In this document: positions 57,739 to 64,000 of the stretch, one piece after another | Layout of the letters: each line of letters begins with the position of its first letter | Numbering within the stretch: position 1 is the first letter of the stretch | Sequence record: OU343168.1 | Reading direction: 5' to 3' (one strand) | DNA: 64,000 nt | Made by a program: the position numbers and the translations under genes | The notes under the pieces: model-generated | Seen by the model: the letters and a program-made list of their open reading frames with translations, nothing else | Told to the model about the DNA's origin: nothing | The model's database searches: none

Positions 57739-58824
57739 ATGCTTCCAATGGACAGTGTTGTACTTACCGAAGAAGACGGTAACGGTTATGAAATCCCGGA
57801 TCTCCCTCACATCGGGATTGTGTATGATGCGCTTAACGATACCCTGGATCAAGTGGATCGGGGTGTTGCAGGTACGGAAAGTCTGACCGCCTCCCAACAG
57901 TACCTGGTAGGCGCACTCGTCGCGAACCGACCCGGTTACTCGGTGGCCGGTAACGAAGGCTTTATGGCCAATATCGGCGCAGGCCTTAAAGCCGCGTATG
58001 AGTACGTGGTGAAGATGTTCAAGAGCCTCTGGGACTTCTTCTTTAAGCGTGATGTCTCTCAGAAGACCTCGGATGCTAAGAAGGAGATTGATGACCTCCA
58101 GACAAAACTGGAGGTGGTTCAGACCGGGGGTAAGACGGAGGCGGAAACCCAGGAAGCCCTGCACTCCATGAAGGCCCAGGTTAAGGAACAGGCCCAATCT
58201 AGCTTTAAGATCGACGGGGTAGACGCAGAAGAATGGCTGGAGAAAGAGACGAAGGCCTCTGCTACCCATGAAGAGAAGAAAGCCGCGGTTAAGACCCTGG
58301 CCCGAGAGCTTCCTAAGGTCAACACCCGAGGCAAGAAACGCCTTCAAGGTGTCATTGAGCGGATGATCAAAACTCAGCAATATTTGGTCAGTGTGATTGA
58401 TGTCGCCGATAAAGAAGCCCGGGAAACCCTGAATGAAAACCTGATGCGGGTAACGGACTCCATGAAACTCCTCCGCACCAATGTTCATCAGTCTACCGAG
58501 CAGCTGAGTCGAGTGAAAGACGTTAAAGACCTGACGGCTGTTCACAACGTCATGAACGGTGTTATTAAAGAGATCGATACCTTTAAGAATGCTGCTCAGG
58601 CTGTACAGAGTGTTCGCAGCAAAATGGCTGACATGATTAAGACCGTCGAACAGCAATTGGCTGAGGTGGCTAAAGGTGGAGGTGACACCAAAGCGACTCA
58701 AGCAGCGCTGGATGAACTCCGCAAGATCATGAACTTCCTGGTTAAATGCGGTAAATGTATTACTAACATCATTGAAGACAGTGTGAAGCTCCAGAAAGCC
58801 TTTAATGGTGTCTTCGGGCTGTAA
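57739..58824 (+). CDS. virion head protein-like, coiled-coil
   Basis: acidic pro-region with AGTE and AGNE motifs followed by an amphipathic helix. Confidence 0.55.
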   Translation: MLPMDSVVLTEEDGNGYEIPDLPHIGIVYDALNDTLDQVDRGVAGTESLTASQQYLVGALVANRPGYSVAGNEGFMANIGAGLKAAYEYVVKMFKSLWDFFFKRDVSQKTSDAKKEIDDLQTKLEVVQTGGKTEAETQEALHSMKAQVKEQAQSSFKIDGVDAEEWLEKETKASATHEEKKAAVKTLARELPKVNTRGKKRLQGVIERMIKTQQYLVSVIDVADKEARETLNENLMRVTDSMKLLRTNVHQSTEQLSRVKDVKDLTAVHNVMNGVIKEIDTFKNAAQAVQSVRSKMADMIKTVEQQLAEVAKGGGDTKATQAALDELRKIMNFLVKCGKCITNIIEDSVKLQKAFNGVFGL

Positions 58825-58834
58825 CCCTGGTAAC

Positions 58835-58876
58835 CCTTACTACCCCTCTCCCCGTGAAGGGAGAGGGGTAGTAAGG
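58835..58876. terminator. bidirectional terminator
   Basis: 18-bp inverted repeat between convergent genes. Confidence 0.8.
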
Positions 58877-58902
58877 TCTATTATGCTGCGTCTTGCCAGA
58901 GT

Positions 58903-60687
58903 TCATTCGTTATCGATGTTAATACGGGATTTACGGTTACGAGCGTTCTCCTGCATCTCCTTAAGCAGTTCCTCTCGACCTGTTTCCACCATTAACCGTT
59001 CAAACTCATCCTTCAATTGATCTAATTGAGGGAATCTAAACAAATCATGGCATAATCCAATAGCGTTCGCTTCTGCACTGCTCGCAAAGTTCACCCCAAT
59101 CTGTCTGAACTTATTGCCGTCAGCGCCTTGAATCCGAAACACTTCCATTTGTGTGGTACGATTCCCGACGTTCAATGCCAAGGTCGCGTGAGGGTACGCG
59201 CCTTCAACATCGATATCGGATGAATCTGTACGCCCGGTACTATACACATCAGCGAGTCCGTGGAAGAGCGGAGCACCGACATCCGCATTCTTCTCGGTAT
59301 CGAGTAATGCAATCCAGTTTGACAACGGAGGTAGTTTATCAATAATGGATTGATCGCGTTTACGAGGGGTACTCCCCCACACAAACCCATACCGGCGTGC
59401 AAAGAAACTCAAGGTATCACTGACCAACTTGGGTTGAGAGACGTAGTTAAAATACTCCGAATACTTCAACAACATAGGAAGTGACAATGACAAGTCATTG
59501 GTCTTCTCATTGATCTCTTCAATAACGAAGTCATCCCCAATGTTGTACATGCAATACAGATACGGCCATTTCCGTTGCATGTAACGGTGCCACTGAGGCG
59601 TACCCGGTCGGATATGAGCACCTTCTTCGGTATACAGTTTACCCGGTACGTTCACATGCTTCGCTGCTCCTTCTAACGAAACATCAGGAAGTTTACCTTC
59701 AGACGGTTGACGCTTAATGCAGAAGAACGACATCGCGTCTAACCATTGCCAGGTGGCCATGGTTCGAACAGTGGGCCATTTCTCTTGAGGTTCCAAGGGC
59801 ATTTTAGAACCGTCTTCCTTGACTTTGTGGGTTCTCCCTAAGTTCAGCTCGTAATACCGAAATTCCTTAGGAATACTGGGATCGCAATACACATCCTCCA
59901 ATCGATACCCTTCATTCCTAAGGGCTTCCTCATTCTTGGTCATGTCGTATTCAGCATTCCAACTGGCAACCCAGTCCGGTTGCCATTCGTGCATCTTGTT
60001 AATGCACGCCACCACCACTTGGCCTGGGGTATCAAAGAGTTCGTATTGAACCACACACTGGCGCCGTTTAAGGTGTTCACTCAACCACTTGCCTTCAGCG
60101 TCTTTAAGGCGTTTAAGAATCGTGGCGTCATCCGGTTCTTTAAACCAACTCCGTACGGCTGCAAAATACGCCTTACGCTTCATGGTAACCGAGGCCATCA
60201 TAATGGGGTTACCGGGAGCATCCATGTCGGTTTCAACGTCGTACGCTGCTACGGTAAAGGGTTCCTTCTCCTGATGTTCTCCATATTTCTTAAAGAACTG
60301 GTGTTTAATGTGCACCGGAGGGGTTTGGTCTAAGCCGAAGACGTAAGGACTTTCTTTAGCTTCCGCTAGACTGGCTTTATAATCTGCTCGTCCATAGAGC
60401 TGTTTAATCACATTAAAGGCAATCTGTGCCCGGGGAGCCTTGTACTCCCGACACCAGGATTCTTCAATGTAATCTTTATGCTGTTTGTACTTCCGTTTGT
60501 TCTCTTTAACAATGTAGTACGGTTGCTTATAATCCTTAATCGAAATAAACGATTGACTTCGACCACCATCTTCATGAATATTGGTGATCTTTACACACGT
60601 TAAATCACTGCCCCTGTTGAACCTGCTGACCGAGTAATTACTGTGTTTGCAGACTTTAGCGACAATGGGTGAAGTATTCTCGACCAT
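58903..60687 (-). CDS. family B DNA polymerase 3'-5' exonuclease plus motif A subunit (phiKZ gp82-like)
   Basis: ExoI YDVETD, ExoII WNAEYD, ExoIII YNIGD, and motif A-like DIDVEGAYPH. Confidence 0.85.
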   Translation of the reverse strand: MVENTSPIVAKVCKHSNYSVSRFNRGSDLTCVKITNIHEDGGRSQSFISIKDYKQPYYIVKENKRKYKQHKDYIEESWCREYKAPRAQIAFNVIKQLYGRADYKASLAEAKESPYVFGLDQTPPVHIKHQFFKKYGEHQEKEPFTVAAYDVETDMDAPGNPIMMASVTMKRKAYFAAVRSWFKEPDDATILKRLKDAEGKWLSEHLKRRQCVVQYELFDTPGQVVVACINKMHEWQPDWVASWNAEYDMTKNEEALRNEGYRLEDVYCDPSIPKEFRYYELNLGRTHKVKEDGSKMPLEPQEKWPTVRTMATWQWLDAMSFFCIKRQPSEGKLPDVSLEGAAKHVNVPGKLYTEEGAHIRPGTPQWHRYMQRKWPYLYCMYNIGDDFVIEEINEKTNDLSLSLPMLLKYSEYFNYVSQPKLVSDTLSFFARRYGFVWGSTPRKRDQSIIDKLPPLSNWIALLDTEKNADVGAPLFHGLADVYSTGRTDSSDIDVEGAYPHATLALNVGNRTTQMEVFRIQGADGNKFRQIGVNFASSAEANAIGLCHDLFRFPQLDQLKDEFERLMVETGREELLKEMQENARNRKSRINIDNE

Positions 60688-60771
60688 TCCTTAACCCTGC
60701 ATTTTATGATTGCTTTGGAGACTATACCAATAGGGGTATAGGTCGGTATTTACAGTAGGAGTAACCCGTTA

Positions 60772-62133
60772 ATGTTGGACATGAGTTTTATTACCCGAAA
60801 GGTAGCGGGTACGGAGTTCATTGAGTTCCAGAATGCCACCTTTAAAGACGAATTAACCGCTTGTTTGGATCAGTACATTACGATTACTGATAAGCGTGTG
60901 GTATTATCCCCTGATTGCCAAGTGGACGTACTGGGACTCATTAAGAAACACACCGGCTTTAGCAACATAAAGCTGGAGTTGAACGACAGTGGTAACCTGT
61001 ACATCGACGCGGGGTATTTCTCCCCGAACCATGTTCTGAACAACACGGGTACTGATGTGTTGATTCCAGCCTCTAAGACTACCCTGTATCGGTGGTTTGT
61101 GGAGAACAAGAACAAGATCTTTAAAGGAGGTGTTGATTACCGCTCCGGTAAAGTGACTGGTTCGTTCCAAGACGTCCCCTTGACTATTGGGATCAATGTC
61201 AACCTGCATCAGTTCTTCCCGTTGGATAAGATCACCAAATGGAAAGTCTCCATGGGGGGCGCGCTAGCGGGTGGTATTGCTCACGAACTGGGACATGCCT
61301 TTGGGGGGTGTGCGCTCCTGCTGACTCACCTGGAAGACAACCTGGTAGCCCGAGCTGGCTTGGATCAGTACCGTAAAGCCACCAAAGCAGAAGAACGGGT
61401 GATTATCCTGAAAGACACCGCTGCTATTCTGGATGTCCCAGAAGCCAAGTTGGAGGAACTGAAAAGCTTTGCCACTCAGGAAGATGGAGAGAACTACCTC
61501 CTGTACTACACCAAACTGCTCTCTCAACGGAACAGTCGTCGGTCACTGTCTGTTGGGGTTCCAGAGATGACCAGTGAAGTGATTGCGGATATGTACGCCA
61601 TTCGCATGGGCTTCAGTAAGGAAGTGATCGCTGGGATCAGCGCTTTGGTAGACCGCGGTGTCTTTACCATTGCGACAGAGACCTTCCTGTTCGGTGCCGT
61701 TGCAACCCTCTTCTTGTTTTGGCCTACAGCCGCTGTCACCATCATTGTTACCGGGGGAACCTCGGCGCTGGGGGGTATGTTGTGGGGTGTCTTTGCCCTC
61801 AGTTCGGCCTTCGCGTATTTCCAAGCCGGGTATTCCGGGGTCTACAATTCCGACCACCGCCGTATGGAAGATGCTCTGCGTCAATTGATTGCTAAACTGA
61901 AAGCCAGTAAAACTGTTTCCAGTGAGGAACGGGTACGGTTGATTGACGACATCACCAAAGCCCTGGAAGCGGTTAAGAAACTTAAACCCTGGTACGACAA
62001 CACTGTCCTCTACCGCTTTATTGGTTGGGTTTTCTCAGGCAGCGATTTCCGTAAGCAAGAAATCGAACACTTTACTCAATCCCTTAATAACCATGAACTG
62101 GCAGTCTTGTCCAGTCAACTGAAAACGCTCTAA
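60772..62133 (+). CDS. zincin metallopeptidase-motif protein with hydrophobic segments, probably virion-associated
   Basis: HELGH plus EVIAD third-ligand motif; long hydrophobic stretch at about aa 300-350. Confidence 0.6.
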   Translation: MLDMSFITRKVAGTEFIEFQNATFKDELTACLDQYITITDKRVVLSPDCQVDVLGLIKKHTGFSNIKLELNDSGNLYIDAGYFSPNHVLNNTGTDVLIPASKTTLYRWFVENKNKIFKGGVDYRSGKVTGSFQDVPLTIGINVNLHQFFPLDKITKWKVSMGGALAGGIAHELGHAFGGCALLLTHLEDNLVARAGLDQYRKATKAEERVIILKDTAAILDVPEAKLEELKSFATQEDGENYLLYYTKLLSQRNSRRSLSVGVPEMTSEVIADMYAIRMGFSKEVIAGISALVDRGVFTIATETFLFGAVATLFLFWPTAAVTIIVTGGTSALGGMLWGVFALSSAFAYFQAGYSGVYNSDHRRMEDALRQLIAKLKASKTVSSEERVRLIDDITKALEAVKKLKPWYDNTVLYRFIGWVFSGSDFRKQEIEHFTQSLNNHELAVLSSQLKTL

Positions 62134-62143
62134 GGAGTTTATA

Positions 62144-62590
62144 ATGTCTCACCTCGCCCATGTAAACGATTACCGGGGTTACCTGACCAGTCAAGGGGTT
62201 ACGTGCCCGTATGCGTTGACCACGGCCTGCCAGGAAGCCTACATCCGCGCCATTCTCAAACGTCATGCTCGTTCTCAGGACAGTTTCACCCTGGCAGAAG
62301 ACGAAGAGAATAGCATCTGGGTGCAGCTCGATAAGTGGAATTCGGTGTATCCGATCAATGCTTCCTTCATCGTGGAATCGGTTAAACTCCGTCTGACCCG
62401 TATTCGCGGCTGTCTGATGAAAGAAGGTAAAACACCCGGTAATGCGGAATTCGATGTGTATCTGGATGTGAAGCGAACCTGTCCCGAGTCGGGTGACACC
62501 ACGGTGGATAAACTCGATGCCACGGACAATGATCTGTTCTGCGAGCTGGTTCATTTCCTCTACAATGAATTGGTGAAAGGCAATGAGTAA
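62144..62590 (+). CDS. conserved hypothetical protein, probably virion-associated
   Basis: AAGGAG RBS. Confidence 0.75.
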   Translation: MSHLAHVNDYRGYLTSQGVTCPYALTTACQEAYIRAILKRHARSQDSFTLAEDEENSIWVQLDKWNSVYPINASFIVESVKLRLTRIRGCLMKEGKTPGNAEFDVYLDVKRTCPESGDTTVDKLDATDNDLFCELVHFLYNELVKGNE

Positions 62591-64000
62591 TCCGGTGAGT
62601 TCGTATTTCCAATTGAGTGATCCGGTTGACGGTGTTCTCCCAGGTGATGATAAACAACTCATTGACCTGGACGAGTACTACGAAGAAACCGGTCAACCCG
62701 TGGTGGATGCCATGATCCAAGGGAGTGAGAGCCTCGCGCTCAATCGCTTCTCTCGGGACATTGCTATCCAACTCAAACTGAAGAATGCGTATGAAATGGA
62801 TCCTTTCCCAACGGAACGTAATGCCGTGATGGGAGCGGAAGGGTTTATCTCTACCATTACGGAAGGGTTCAAGAAGTTCATTGAAGGGATCATCAAGTAC
62901 ATCAAGATGGCCTTTAAATGGGTCATGGAACACATTAAAGGTCTCCTGGGCTTCCGTAAGAGCGCGCGTATTAACCAGGCGATTAATGACTCCTTTGAGA
63001 ACCTCCGGGAGGAGTTCCGTCAGACCTTGAACGGTCTGGGCTTCCCAGGCGCGAATTACAACCTGGAGAAGTTCATTGGGGAGTTCCCTAATGCCACCGA
63101 CCGCATTGGTCAACTGACGATCCTCCGTACAAAGTTCGAAACCGATGAAGAGAGTATCGAGGCTCTTCGTAAAGTCTTCCCACTCTTCGAACAAATCATT
63201 GGTAAACTAACGGAGGCTTCCGACAAGGCAATACGTGCGTCTGAAAACCTTAAAAGGACCATCCGTAACGAATACAACGCTACCCGGGGTCGAGCTCACC
63301 TCCGAGAGTACGTAGACGGTGCGAACTCCCCTGAGGTTAACCGAGTCCAGAAAGCGGTGTTGGAAACCCTGACCTTCGTTAAACCGGATGGTTTAGTAGA
63401 ACAAATCGGTCAGCTCCTGGAAACCCTTTACAAGGTGAAGTTCAATAACGAAGCGTTGAATGAAGGGTTCCATACCGTCCGAGAGACCCTTAAAGAGAAC
63501 ATTCAGGCTCAACGGGTGAAGTTGACTCGGGTGAACACTCCGGTGATCATGGATCTCGTTCAGCAGCTCAACGCAGAGTATATGACGATCTCGGATAAGG
63601 CGATCGACATGTCTCGGATTCGTCTGAGTGAGTTGGGTAATCTGGTGGATGTAACCGATGCCGAGAAGGTCAAGAGCATTGCGGGATACTACCAAGTCCC
63701 TGGACTCCTCAGTGATTACCAGGGGGTGGCGGTTGCCATGCGTAACTTCAGTCAATATTGCCAATCTGTAACCAGTCAGCTGTTGGCGGTTGAAAACCAA
63801 GTAGCAGCGTTGGTGGGTTGGTATCACCGTTCTCACATGTGGTATTACCATGGTCTGCTGGATGACATTGAAAAGCTTCGTGAAATCAACATCCAAGCTC
63901 GCGAGGCGGGGCACTCTCCTGTGGCGAATGCGGAGGGTTATCCGACATTGGCGTTGGATTTTATTCCGGAAGCGGATGCAAAGACCTTCCTGGAGAAGAT
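62583..64000 (+). CDS. large virion protein, partial (runs off the window; absent from the ORF track)
   Basis: ATG overlaps the previous stop; frame open to the window end; QGSE and MGAE motifs in an acidic N-terminus. Confidence 0.7.
   Translation, partial: MSNPVSSYFQLSDPVDGVLPGDDKQLIDLDEYYEETGQPVVDAMIQGSESLALNRFSRDIAIQLKLKNAYEMDPFPTERNAVMGAEGFISTITEGFKKFIEGIIKYIKMAFKWVMEHIKGLLGFRKSARINQAINDSFENLREEFRQTLNGLGFPGANYNLEKFIGEFPNATDRIGQLTILRTKFETDEESIEALRKVFPLFEQIIGKLTEASDKAIRASENLKRTIRNEYNATRGRAHLREYVDGANSPEVNRVQKAVLETLTFVKPDGLVEQIGQLLETLYKVKFNNEALNEGFHTVRETLKENIQAQRVKLTRVNTPVIMDLVQQLNAEYMTISDKAIDMSRIRLSELGNLVDVTDAEKVKSIAGYYQVPGLLSDYQGVAVAMRNFSQYCQSVTSQLLAVENQVAALVGWYHRSHMWYYHGLLDDIEKLREINIQAREAGHSPVANAEGYPTLALDFIPEADAKTFLEK

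Noticed and set aside
57709-58701. 330-aa minus-strand ORF and similar shadows (32438, 35375, 39227, 55152)
   Set aside because: Fully antisense to better-supported genes
1-64000. CRISPR array or rRNA
   Set aside because: No regularly spaced direct repeats or rRNA-like sequence seen

Overview
64-kb segment of a phiKZ-like, nucleus-forming jumbo phage (Chimalliviridae-type). Family assignments come from motif recognition and gene order, not database searches. Left part: tail tube and sheath, three structural genes, an intein-containing large terminase, an Ntn-hydrolase (proteasome-beta-like) gene, two structured intergenic RNA candidates and PhuZ tubulin. Middle part is the chimallivirus core block: PolB polymerase subunit, chimallin, nvRNAP beta'-N split by a group I intron inside the catalytic NADFDGD motif, SbcD, probable ChmC/gp68/PicA homologues, a solo TnpB just upstream of nvRNAP beta, nvRNAP beta' and an SF2 helicase, both with class 3 inteins. 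Right part: a virion RNAP subunit, a putative tail-chaperone gene pair apparently joined by a -1 frameshift, the PolB exonuclease/motif-A subunit and virion proteins. Best leads: (1) the TnpB, driven by a phage early-type promoter, with a predicted guide covering the RBS and ATG of nvRNAP beta; (2) the unannotated -1 frameshift at 56453-56459; (3) an RBS/P1 switch around the intron HNH gene; (4) two terminated structured RNAs at 18345-18735; (5) three related class 3 inteins at different stages of endonuclease decay.
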